DNA from: Planctomycetota bacterium
Lineage (GTDB): Bacteria; Planctomycetota; UBA1135; UBA2386
DNA length: 64,000 nt
NCBI GenBank assembly: GCA_965228735.1
Contig: OZ245838.1
Span: 4,192,001 to 4,256,000 of the forward strand
Reading direction: 5' to 3'
Each line of letters begins with the position of its first letter. Positions within the stretch are counted from its first letter, which is position 1. The position numbers were made by a program, and so were the translations under genes. A model generated the notes under the pieces. It ran no database searches. It saw only the letters and a program-made list of their open reading frames with translations, and was not told the origin of the DNA. Positions 27,401 to 36,048 of this stretch are shown here, piece after piece.

Positions 27401-27684
27401 GCGATCACCTCGCCGAGCTCACCCAGCACGAGCGCGCCGGCGGCGCCGTGTTTGCGGAGGCGGTGTGCTGCCTGCTCGACCGCCTCCGCGCCACGACGAC
27501 GGCGAACGAACGCCAAGCCGAACTGCGCCGCGCCCTGGCTGCACAGCTCGTCGCCTGGCCGGCCAAGGCTCGACCCGATGGCGTCACCCGGGCGCGACTC
27601 GAGCGGCGTGCCGCCGAACTCACGACGTTCGTCGCAACCGACTCGCCCGCACATGCGATGCTCGAGCGGTTGCAGTTGCGATGA
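24463..27684 (+). CDS. Hanks-type Ser/Thr protein kinase with TM segment and TPR-like C-terminus
   Basis: LGRGGMGVVY, VALK, HRDVKPGN, DFGL, GTPAYMAPEQ, DVYSL. Confidence 0.95.
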   Translation: MADEPSAPDGSPEQIEELLGPVLDCPAGDQDRALAELAAAHPALADELRSRFEQYRELLHAVPPERRPIDGRFGEFELVRELGRGGMGVVYLARQERAGRDRLVALKVVRGHRLLSDSARERLHREAAVAFRLDDPGICPVFDVGDVDGVPWLSMRYVEGRTLAEHVADANRLGALDLPFAALRSNDDESTTTGSSSTGHRYAAVLMLGERLARALHTAHQAGFVHRDVKPGNVMITPQGQPVLLDFGLVLESSETHALTATGELLGTPAYMAPEQVEGRGPVGPAADVYSLAATLFEAIALRRPFEGSTRAELFANILQQPRPDLRRFAPGISRDLHLVFRTAMAREPEQRYVTALDFAMELRRVRRREPIVTRPPSLTHRMGLWAGRNRLAATLLVSLVVALGLALASLGKAINATADAQRNLAGARQAVAELVRVQHEELSDVPGLGPLRRDMQERALALLRDVRATAGDDPALAFDNAEALILGAKLELALGRPETSAAMQRESWPFVRDLGDSTAARSVRGYWWFVEGEREERAGRVEPAITAYQAAIAELTSGAAPLTDRLRAIRALTQIGDMHERQSDRDRAIAAVTRAIELGEGMPLESNASAITVLAGALRQRSELYRESDRLAEAEADLIAATTAVRALLGAGHGSRHARYRLSDCLISHATLLRRLGRDAERRTLLAEAVDVLESLAASFPSMASYRGSLAVALNNRAAQLAADGEPEAARASLRRAIAVLSRLLEESPENVRYRATLAQSHFNLGNRLRADRAAARPHFRAALAEIDRVIEQQPAFARHFEFAARMAMNLAIGHAIDGDSEAAAAFARARGYAETVLQLRPNDQRTMGMRGLLLFNEGAFRSDHGDFAAAQPLLEEAVAQAHVCFEAAPGNARRASDLVRWSTRCAQIAELNDGQGQDGTGAWTAADASWQRLPEPLQQRLMRSPDTALARLAVERALLAQRAANGDPTVDAELARISDHLAELTQHERAGGAVFAEAVCCLLDRLRATTTANERQAELRRALAAQLVAWPAKARPDGVTRARLERRAAELTTFVATDSPAHAMLERLQLR

Positions 27685-27731
27685 TCGTCTGGGCGTCCAC
27701 TGGCGAGGGGCCTGGAGCGTCCGAACCCGGA

Positions 27732-28409
27732 CTAATCCTCGGTCGCGTCCGCCGCCTCGCGCTCGGCCAGCAATAGCTCGAGCTCGCCACCACGCAGCCG
27801 CTTCACGACCCGCGTGAGCCGGAGAAGGCCGCGATGAAACCGCATGCGCGCGGCGTCGGGCGACATGCCCAGGGCTGCACCCGCAGTCGTGAAGTCGAGT
27901 TCTTCGAACGTTCGCGCATGAATGAGCCGCCGGTCCGTTGGCGGCATGAACTCGAGACCGATGCGAATCCACCCCAGCTCTTCGGATCGGGCCGCGACCG
28001 ACGGCGGCGCCGGCGACCGCGAGTCGCCCGTGAGCACGAGACATGCCCGGCTCGCATCGGTCGCCGAGACCGTCATCGCGACGGCCACGGGCAGCGGTCG
28101 ACTCGCGAGCGAACGTCCCCGATCCGCGAGCAGGTTGCTGATCATGCGAGCAAGCAGGCGGCGGAACTGAGCCCGGCTCGCGACGAGAAACCGCGGTGTG
28201 TACTCGAGGACACGCAGCGCGAGCTCCTGGATCGCATCGCTCGTCTCCTCGAGCTGCCGCAACGCGGCGCCGCGCCGCTTGCGGATCTCGCGTTCGATCC
28301 AGTCGCGATCGCGCTCGAACAGATCGACGGCAGCGGCGTGGTCACCATCGAGCCACAGCCGCAACAGCGATTGCGTGTCGTCGTGTTCTGGCACCGCACG
28401 GATTGTCAC
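27732..28409 (-). CDS. ECF sigma factor (kinase-associated type)
   Basis: LLRLWLDGDHAAAVDLF, ETSDAIQE, FRRLLARMISN, region 4 LGMSPDAARMRFHRGL. Confidence 0.85.
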   Translation of the reverse strand: MTIRAVPEHDDTQSLLRLWLDGDHAAAVDLFERDRDWIEREIRKRRGAALRQLEETSDAIQELALRVLEYTPRFLVASRAQFRRLLARMISNLLADRGRSLASRPLPVAVAMTVSATDASRACLVLTGDSRSPAPPSVAARSEELGWIRIGLEFMPPTDRRLIHARTFEELDFTTAGAALGMSPDAARMRFHRGLLRLTRVVKRLRGGELELLLAEREAADATED

Positions 28410-28465
28410 GCATGCCGGACCTCACGTCAGGGCCCGCGTCGACGATTCACAAAATGTCGTCGGGC

Positions 28466-31105
28466 CTAGCGACCGGACCGCTCTCGCCGTTGCTGCAACT
28501 GCGATAGCGCCGCTTCCGCGGCCCGGCGATCGGCGTCGTGCTTCGCGTCCTGACCGAAGTGCTCGGCCGCCGCGCGCAAGCAGCGCTCGGCCTCATCGAG
28601 GCGATCCAATTCCAGCAGGTTGCGGCCATGCGCCAACCGCAGGCGCGCAATCTCGCCGCGCTCGTTCTCAGGCCAGTGCTCGAGGGCCTGCTGCATCAAC
28701 TCGCTCCCGGTCGTCCGGTCCCCCTGCGCAACGCAGATCCGGGCGCGCGACTCGAGCAACTCGAGCGTGATCGGAGCGGTCGCCCCAACGGCTCCGACGG
28801 CCGCCTCGTACGTCGATAGCGCGAGGCTCGCGGCTTCGGCGTATCGCTCGGCGCGCAACCACAGGCGAGCCAGCTCACGCCCGGCGCGCAGCATCGCGCG
28901 GTTGCCCGGGTCGAGCGCCGCGCCATCCGCGCGCACCCGCCGCAACTCCTGCTCGGCCGCTTCGACATCCCCCAGTTCTGTGAGGATGCCCGCGAAGCTG
29001 ATCACCGTATGGAGGGTCACGACATGCCCGTCACCCCGCACCCGCCGCGACGCCTCGACGACGTGGCGCATCGCCGCTCCGGCCTCCTCCAGGCGCCCCG
29101 TCCGCGCGAGCAGGTTCGCCAGATTGGCACGCGACGTCAGCGTGGAGACGTGCTCGCTGCCGAGGCGTTCGGCGCACAACGCCAACTCGCGCCGAACCCA
29201 GCGCTCTGCTTCAGCCAGTTCGCCGAGGTTGTAGTACACGATCCCGAGGTTGCTCATCGTCGTCTGCGTGTCCTCGTGGGCCTCACCGAGCAGGACCAAC
29301 CGACGGTCCACCACCATGCGGAGCAGCTCCTCGGCTTCGCGGTGCTTGCCGCGACGAGTCAGCAGCAGGCCGAAGTTGTTCGCAGCCGCCAGCGTCGTCG
29401 CGTCGTCCACACCGAACGCCGCAGACGTCGCCTGGTAATTGCGGCGCAACAGCGCCTCGAGCTCTTCGAAGCGCCCCTGCAGGGAATAGACCCGGCCCAG
29501 TCGCTGCTCGACTTCGAGGGTCGAGCGGTCGCCAGGGCCGACGTTACGCATGAACAGGTCGAGCGACCGCTGCAGGTGATGTTCCGCCGCTTCGAGGTCA
29601 CCGAGACTGCGGTAGGTGTGACCGATCGTCGAGCGAATCATCGCCTCGATGCGCGGTCGCTCCGGGAATCGCCCTTCGACTCGGCTCGCAGCGATGTCGA
29701 GGACCTCGCGCATCGTCGCGTCCTTGCCGGCCCCGTCGAGCGCGACGGCCCCGAGGAGTTCGTCGCGGAAGAAGTCGAGCATGTCGCCGCGCGCCACGAC
29801 CTCCGCCTGGGTCTTGTCTCGCTCGTCACTGATCTGCTTGCGCAGATTGTGTTCGCTCACGGCAAACACGGTCGGCCCCAAGATCAGACCGAGAACCGCG
29901 GTCACCGCCGCCCCCGCGATCGTCGGATGCCGGCGAACGTAGCGCAGCACGCGAACTCGCGGCCCCGGCCGGCGCGCATGAATGGGCCGCAGAGCCAGCA
30001 GGTTCTGCAGGTCCTCGTTCAATGCCGCAGCGGACTCGTACCGCTGCTCGGGCTCAGGCGCCATCGCGCTCCGGCAAACCGTCTCCGCCTCCCAGGTGAC
30101 GGCCCGATTGACGGTGCGGATCAACGGTGTCTCGCCGTTGACGATGCGACGCCGAACCGCGTCGTCCGGCCCGCCGTCACCCTGGAACGGCCGGCGCAAC
30201 GTCAGCAGTTCGTAGAGCAGGACTCCGAGGGCATAGACGTCCGTCCGACCATCGATTGCCGCCAGATCGCCGCGCACCTGCTCGGGTGCCATGTACGGTA
30301 GCGACCCGAGCTGCGCGCCGGTGCGGGTTACCGGTTCGTCGTCGGCCGTGCTCGCAAGGCCGAAGTCGAGGAGCATCGCGCGCATCGACCAGGTGATCAT
30401 CACGTTCGAGGGCTTGATGTCCCGATGCAGCACGTCGTGCGAATGCGCATAGCGCACCGCATCCGTGAGATCGCAAACCCAGCGAACACAGATCTCCGTC
30501 CACCCCATCGCCGAATCGCTGGCGCCGACGACATCACCCGGCGCCCCCAGAGCGACGAGCGCCGCCCGCACATCGTCGACGCCGAGACGCTCCAGCGAGC
30601 CGGCGTCCAGAGTCGCGAGCAGCTGATCGAGGCTGACGCCCTCGACCCGCTCCATCGTGAAGTACGGGACCTCGCCCGTCGTCTCCGCGGAATAAACCCG
30701 GACGATTGCCGGGTGCTGCAGGCGCGCGATGGCCGTGATCTCGCGATGGAACCGTTCGCGGGCGCGAGGGAAGTACAGGTAATCCGGCCGAATGAGCTTG
30801 AGCGCCACCTCACGCTGCAGTGCCGGCTGTTCCGCAAGGTAGACGACTCCCATCCCGCCCTTCCCGAGGCGACCCTTGATCAAGAACTCGCCGATACGGG
30901 TCGGCATGGTCTCCGCCGCGCCCGCTTCCCCATCGACCATGCCGACGCGGTCGAGTGATCGCAGGAGTTCGCGCAACACGACCGCGTGCGAAGGATGTTC
31001 ACCGAGCAACTCCTCGAGAGCATCCGTCCCGGCTTCCTCGAGCCGACGAATCGCTTCCGCGAGAAGTTCGACCGGGGGCTGGCTCGAATCCGACGCGACG
31101 GACAT
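28466..31105 (-). CDS. Hanks-type Ser/Thr protein kinase with TM segment and TPR repeats
   Basis: LGKGGMGVVY, HRDIKPSN, DFGLA, GSLPYMAPEQ; kinesin-light-chain-like TPRs (HxxTL..NL). Start 31105 or 31117. Confidence 0.93.
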   Translation of the reverse strand: MSVASDSSQPPVELLAEAIRRLEEAGTDALEELLGEHPSHAVVLRELLRSLDRVGMVDGEAGAAETMPTRIGEFLIKGRLGKGGMGVVYLAEQPALQREVALKLIRPDYLYFPRARERFHREITAIARLQHPAIVRVYSAETTGEVPYFTMERVEGVSLDQLLATLDAGSLERLGVDDVRAALVALGAPGDVVGASDSAMGWTEICVRWVCDLTDAVRYAHSHDVLHRDIKPSNVMITWSMRAMLLDFGLASTADDEPVTRTGAQLGSLPYMAPEQVRGDLAAIDGRTDVYALGVLLYELLTLRRPFQGDGGPDDAVRRRIVNGETPLIRTVNRAVTWEAETVCRSAMAPEPEQRYESAAALNEDLQNLLALRPIHARRPGPRVRVLRYVRRHPTIAGAAVTAVLGLILGPTVFAVSEHNLRKQISDERDKTQAEVVARGDMLDFFRDELLGAVALDGAGKDATMREVLDIAASRVEGRFPERPRIEAMIRSTIGHTYRSLGDLEAAEHHLQRSLDLFMRNVGPGDRSTLEVEQRLGRVYSLQGRFEELEALLRRNYQATSAAFGVDDATTLAAANNFGLLLTRRGKHREAEELLRMVVDRRLVLLGEAHEDTQTTMSNLGIVYYNLGELAEAERWVRRELALCAERLGSEHVSTLTSRANLANLLARTGRLEEAGAAMRHVVEASRRVRGDGHVVTLHTVISFAGILTELGDVEAAEQELRRVRADGAALDPGNRAMLRAGRELARLWLRAERYAEAASLALSTYEAAVGAVGATAPITLELLESRARICVAQGDRTTGSELMQQALEHWPENERGEIARLRLAHGRNLLELDRLDEAERCLRAAAEHFGQDAKHDADRRAAEAALSQLQQRRERSGR

Positions 31106-31126
31106 CCCTGCTACCATACCAACAGT

Positions 31127-31666
31127 TTGAACGACCGACTCGGAGCCCTGCTCGCGGAGCACCTGCCACGGTTGCGAGCATACGTGCGACTGCACATGGG
31201 GCCGCAGCTCCGGCAGAAGGAGTCGGCGTCGGATCTCGTGCAGTCCGCCTGCCGCGAGGTTCTGCAGCGGGACGGTCAACCGCAGTTCGGGGGCGAGGCC
31301 GGTTTTCGGCAGTGGTTGTTCACGACCGCATTGCGCAAGGTCCGAGATCGCGTCGACTACTACCGTGCGGGTAAGCGGAACGTCGACCGCGAAGCCCCGA
31401 TGACCGACGGCGTCCTGGCGGGCATCTACGCCCACTGTGCGACCCCGAGCGCCGACCTCGACATGCGCGAGCGGATCGCCCGATTCGAGTCCGCATTCGA
31501 CGAGCTCGATGGCAATCACCGCGAGGTCATCACGCTGGCACGCATCGTCGGACTGTCACACCGCGAGATCGCCGCGACGATGGGGTGCACCGAGGCCGCC
31601 AGCAAGCAACTGCTGTATCGCGCCCTCGCCGAACTGGCCCTGGCACTCGAACGCCGGCCAGACTGA
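31127..31666 (+). CDS. ECF sigma factor (kinase-associated type)
   Basis: TTG start inferred; LPRLRAYVRL, ESASDLVQS, FRQWLFTTALRK, KRNVDRE, LSHREIAATMG. Confidence 0.88.
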   Translation: MNDRLGALLAEHLPRLRAYVRLHMGPQLRQKESASDLVQSACREVLQRDGQPQFGGEAGFRQWLFTTALRKVRDRVDYYRAGKRNVDREAPMTDGVLAGIYAHCATPSADLDMRERIARFESAFDELDGNHREVITLARIVGLSHREIAATMGCTEAASKQLLYRALAELALALERRPD

Positions 31667-31744
31667 TCGGCAGATCTCGGATTCTGCGTTACTTCCGGCG
31701 CGACCTCCCGATTCGGAGGAGTTCACTCACTCCGCCGAATCACG

Positions 31745-33946
31745 ATGCCCGAATCCACCGTTCTCCGTATCTGTGCCCTGACTCTCTTCGCGGCCGCCCT
31801 GGCACCGGCTTCCGCATCGCAAGCACCGACCTCGCAGGCCCCCGAAGTGCGCGCCGAAGGCGCCACCGCGACCGCGGCCGGCGACAGCTATCATGCCGTG
31901 TTCACGCCTTCTGGGCTCTCGTTCCACGCGCTGCCGGGGCCCGTTACCGGGTCGCCAAAGGTGCAGTTCGGCCTGCTCGCGGTGGAACGCGGCGGACAAC
32001 GAGCCGAGACCGACCTGAGACCCGTAGCCCCGAGAATCGAGGGGCATACGGTGTTCTATGATCGGCCCGGCTTGCGCGAACGCTACGAAGTGCGCGAAGA
32101 AGGCGTGGCGCAGAGTTTCGTCATCGATCAGCCACCGCCCGGCACCGGCGATCTCGTCGTGCGCGGCCGGTTGCTGACCGATCTGGTAGGCGACCACCGC
32201 GACACGCCCGTGGAACAGCTCACGTTCTCATCGGCTGGCGGCGTCGGGATTCACTTCGGGGCAGTCACGGGCATTGACGCGTCCGGCGGGCGGACTGCGG
32301 GCACAATGCGATGGACCGACGACGAACTCGAACTGATCCTGCCCGCCGACTTCGTCGATCGCGCGACGTGGCCGGTGATCGTCGACCCGTTGATCGGTTC
32401 ACGATTGACGCCTTCGGCGACCAACGCCGAACTGCCGGACGTCGCGTTCGACCGTACGACTCAGACGTTCGTGATCGTCTGGCGCCAGAACACGGCGGCC
32501 GCCGGACAATGGCGGCCGTACTACCGCATCGTCGACCGGAGCGGCACGCCCGTGACCAATGCGCTGCCCCTGATGCCGCCGCCCCAACTCGTGACCTACA
32601 CCGGCGGCACCCGGATCCGCGTAGCCAACATCAACTCGCGCAACACGTTCGTGGCGACATGGGACAGTGGTTCCGGCACCTCCCGGGCGATTCACTGCGC
32701 TTCCATCAGCGCGATCAACGGCGCCCCCTCGATCGCGGTCGTCGTCGTCAGCGGCAGCGATCACATGTTGCCGGACATCGGCGGAGAAGACACCCTGGCG
32801 GATGACGAAGCCGTGTTGGTCTGGCTCCATGCTTCGCTCGGACTCATTCGCGCCAAGCAGGTCAACATCCCATCAACCACCCCGCCCGCCACCCCCGCAC
32901 CGTTCTCGGGCACGATCTCGATCGGGGGCTCCGGGGCATCGGTCAGTGCGGGACCGGTGATCTCCCGGACCGGTGGCACCCTTGGACGATTTCTCGTCTC
33001 CTGGGGTGAGCGCTCCGGACCACTGAATTCCTTCGGCAACCTGCGCGGCATCATCATCACCAGAAACATCGCGACGGTGAACTCGCCGTTCGTGATCGTG
33101 CCAACCGCCCTCTCCGCTCCACGCAATGTCGCGCTCGACGGCGACGGGGAGAGTTGGGTCGTGGCATACGATCAACGCAACGCCGCGGGTGACACCGACG
33201 TCATCTGTCGCCGGGTCTATCGCTACCAGAACCAGAACGGCGTGACCGTCGAACCCGCCGTCGATGTTGCCGCGACCTCGGTAGATGAACAACGGGCCGC
33301 GGTCGCAGATCTCGGTGACTCGATTCTCATCGGCTACGAACAGCGCTCGGGCGCCGGCTACTCGACCGTCCTGGCATCCCTCGACCCGTACGACTGCACC
33401 GCGTGCGAGGGTGACTTCGCGCTCGAACAGTCCGCCCTACTGACCGCCAGCGACGTTCGGATCGCGACCACGGCCGGTGATCCGAACATCGCAGCGATAA
33501 CGACATGGGAAGCAACGTTCGGCGCTCCACTGAGTATCCGCGCCCACCTGTTCAGCCCTCGCGACGGCACCGCGGACGATCTGGGCGGCGGCTGCGCGCT
33601 GGGCGGCAGCGCGGGATCGACGTGCTCGGTGGCCGGCAACCCCGGCTACAAACTGCGACTGGCAGGCGCTACGCCCGCGGCCCCAACGTTCCTCGTCATC
33701 GGCCTTGCGAGCGCACCGCAAACCTGCGGCCTGTGCACGCTCGTCCCGGACCCGGCGTCGGGCGCGACGCTCTTTCTCGGTGCGACGGACCAGAGCGGTG
33801 CGGCGTCGTACGCGATGTCCATCCCACCGGGGCCGACGTTCGTCGGCATGAAGCTATATCAGCAGTGGCTCACGCTCACGACCCAACCGGGCTGCGCGCT
33901 CTACGGCCTCGACCTGTCCAACGCCGTCAGCGCGACGATCCAGTGA
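31745..33946 (+). CDS. Large secreted protein with planctomycete-type C-terminal domain
   Basis: Signal peptide; N-domain ending WPVIVDP; beta-rich core; C-terminal LGGGC...CTLVPD...LYQQW...LSNAVSATIQ. Confidence 0.8.
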   Translation: MPESTVLRICALTLFAAALAPASASQAPTSQAPEVRAEGATATAAGDSYHAVFTPSGLSFHALPGPVTGSPKVQFGLLAVERGGQRAETDLRPVAPRIEGHTVFYDRPGLRERYEVREEGVAQSFVIDQPPPGTGDLVVRGRLLTDLVGDHRDTPVEQLTFSSAGGVGIHFGAVTGIDASGGRTAGTMRWTDDELELILPADFVDRATWPVIVDPLIGSRLTPSATNAELPDVAFDRTTQTFVIVWRQNTAAAGQWRPYYRIVDRSGTPVTNALPLMPPPQLVTYTGGTRIRVANINSRNTFVATWDSGSGTSRAIHCASISAINGAPSIAVVVVSGSDHMLPDIGGEDTLADDEAVLVWLHASLGLIRAKQVNIPSTTPPATPAPFSGTISIGGSGASVSAGPVISRTGGTLGRFLVSWGERSGPLNSFGNLRGIIITRNIATVNSPFVIVPTALSAPRNVALDGDGESWVVAYDQRNAAGDTDVICRRVYRYQNQNGVTVEPAVDVAATSVDEQRAAVADLGDSILIGYEQRSGAGYSTVLASLDPYDCTACEGDFALEQSALLTASDVRIATTAGDPNIAAITTWEATFGAPLSIRAHLFSPRDGTADDLGGGCALGGSAGSTCSVAGNPGYKLRLAGATPAAPTFLVIGLASAPQTCGLCTLVPDPASGATLFLGATDQSGAASYAMSIPPGPTFVGMKLYQQWLTLTTQPGCALYGLDLSNAVSATIQ

Positions 33947-33985
33947 CGGGCCAGGCCGTTTCGCGCCGCGCCGCACCGCGGTAGC

Positions 33986-35737
33986 GTGGTGCGGATGCTC
34001 GCCGCCGCTCGCCGGATCGCCGCCCCGCTGTTTGGGGCCCCGCTGATTGGGGCCCTGACGTTCGCCGTCGTCAGTCCGGCCCTTGTGGCCCAGGAGCCCG
34101 CCGGCGAGCCGAGCGAGGAAGAGCAGGCCGCCCAGGCCAAGGACGTCGCCGACTACCAGGCCTGGCTCGACGACTACAAGAAGGGCGCGTTCCGACTCGT
34201 CAAGAATGACAAGACCGACGACGAGGCGATCGAGAAGATCGATGCGCTCATGGGGCGCGTCGCGAAGTGGGACACGCTGGCCGCGGCGCAACTGCTGTTC
34301 GGCGCGGCCGCCGTCGCACCGAAGCCGATGGGCTCGAGCTCGTCGACGGAGCTCATCGACTTCTATCGCGAGCTGCAGCCGTGGCGGGTGCGCGGCATCG
34401 CGGCCAAGCACCTGCGGTCGATGACGGGGCCCGGCATCCTCACGTGGCTGCTGCAGAAGCTCTCTGCACCCGGCATCCGCGCTGCGAAGCAGAACCAGGA
34501 TCAGCTCGACGCCGCCGCCGTGCTGCGCGTTCTCGCCGGTCACGAGAGCGTCGAGGCCCGCGCCGAGCTCGCGCGCGCGTGCCGCGCGATGCCCACTGAG
34601 CTGCGCGTGCGCGCGGTGAACGCGATGGCGGCCGACGCGACGATCGAGCAGGTCCCGCTCCTGATCGAGCTGCTGCGCGACCGCGAGCCCAACGTCCGCA
34701 TCGCGGCGTGCAATGCGATCGGCACCGCGATGCAGCCGCACGTCGACGAGACGGTCGAACGCGAGGTCGAACCCGCTGCCGAGACCCTCGCCCGCCGCGA
34801 CGAGGCGATCGCAGCCCTCAGCAAGGTCGCCCAACGCGACAAGGTCTGGCAGGCGCGCAGCGCCGCGGCCTTCGGCCTCGCGATCATGAAGTGCAAGCCC
34901 GTGATCCCCGAGCTCATCGAAGCACTCGACGCCGAGCTGCGCCGGAAGAAGGACCCGTGGGCCATGGACGTGCGGTTGCACAAGCTGCTCGAGGGCCTCA
35001 CGGGCCAGACCGTGGTGCAGGGCTCGACGAAGCCGTGGAGGCAGTTCTGGAAGGCCGAGGAGCACAGCTTCCGCGTCGCCAAGGCGCGCACGGCCGGCGA
35101 GGAGAAGGAGAAGGACAACCGCTACGAGAAGTTCTTCGACATCGCGATCGAGTCGGACCGCGTGCTGTTCGTCATCGACTTCAGCGGCTCGATGACGGAG
35201 ACCATCACGCTCGAGGAAGGCGAGACCAGCGCGGGCACGGGCGCAACGATGACGAAGGCCGAGCTCGTCGTGCGCGAGCTCAAGAAGATGATCATGTCGT
35301 TTCCGGACGGCGCGCTCGTCAACATCATGGTCTTCAGCGACGACGTCCGCATCTGGCGCACCAAGTCCGGGCGCCCCGCGCTCGTCGAGCTCGACGACGG
35401 CGCGCGCGACGACCTGCTCGGCAGCTTCCTCGACGCGCTACGCCCTGCCGGCCCGACCAACCTGCACGACGCGCTCGCGCTCGCGCTCGACTTCGGCGGC
35501 CGCGGGCTGCACGACAAGTACTACGCGGCGGGCTTCGACACGCTCTACGTGATCAGCGACGGCGCGCCGAGCGCTGGTGCCGTAACCGACAAGGAGGAGA
35601 TCCGCCGCCTCGTGCGCGAGACCAACAACCTCCGCAAGATCACGATCAACTGCATCACGATGGGCCAGCAGAACGACACCGAGTTCTTGCGCCTGATGGC
35701 GGAGGAGAACGGCGGGCGCCACATTCACATCGAGTGA
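33986..35737 (+). CDS. HEAT-repeat / von Willebrand A domain secreted protein
   Basis: HEAT repeats (VPLLIELLRDREPNVRIAACNAIG), MIDAS DFSGSM, GPTNLHDAL, ISDGAP. Confidence 0.88.
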   Translation: MVRMLAAARRIAAPLFGAPLIGALTFAVVSPALVAQEPAGEPSEEEQAAQAKDVADYQAWLDDYKKGAFRLVKNDKTDDEAIEKIDALMGRVAKWDTLAAAQLLFGAAAVAPKPMGSSSSTELIDFYRELQPWRVRGIAAKHLRSMTGPGILTWLLQKLSAPGIRAAKQNQDQLDAAAVLRVLAGHESVEARAELARACRAMPTELRVRAVNAMAADATIEQVPLLIELLRDREPNVRIAACNAIGTAMQPHVDETVEREVEPAAETLARRDEAIAALSKVAQRDKVWQARSAAAFGLAIMKCKPVIPELIEALDAELRRKKDPWAMDVRLHKLLEGLTGQTVVQGSTKPWRQFWKAEEHSFRVAKARTAGEEKEKDNRYEKFFDIAIESDRVLFVIDFSGSMTETITLEEGETSAGTGATMTKAELVVRELKKMIMSFPDGALVNIMVFSDDVRIWRTKSGRPALVELDDGARDDLLGSFLDALRPAGPTNLHDALALALDFGGRGLHDKYYAAGFDTLYVISDGAPSAGAVTDKEEIRRLVRETNNLRKITINCITMGQQNDTEFLRLMAEENGGRHIHIE

Positions 35738-35770
35738 CGGTCCGGCGACAGCACCGGGCCGCAGGCGGCC

Positions 35771-36019
35771 TCATTGCTCGAGCTTGGCCAGGAAGCGATC
35801 CTGGTCTTCCTCGAACTCCTTCACACACGGCCGACAACAGAACTTGATCTCCCGGTTGCCGTAGACCTTGACGACGGGGTCTCCCATCGAGCCGAGCTTG
35901 TTGTCCGTGACGATGCAGACGTCGCTCGGGTACGGGATGACATCGGCACTCGGCCCGGATGCACAGGCGGCCAACAGCGACAGGACGAGCAGCGGCGGAC
36001 GAAGTTGGATGCGTTTCAT
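35771..36019 (-). CDS. Small YHS/TRASH-like metal-binding lipoprotein
   Basis: Lipobox LLAAC; CIVTDNKLGSMGDP...IKFCCRPCVKEF; directly downstream of the copper oxidase. Confidence 0.8.
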   Translation of the reverse strand: MKRIQLRPPLLVLSLLAACASGPSADVIPYPSDVCIVTDNKLGSMGDPVVKVYGNREIKFCCRPCVKEFEEDQDRFLAKLEQ

Positions 36020-36048
36020 GTCGGATCGTGGTTCGAGGTAGTCCGGCA

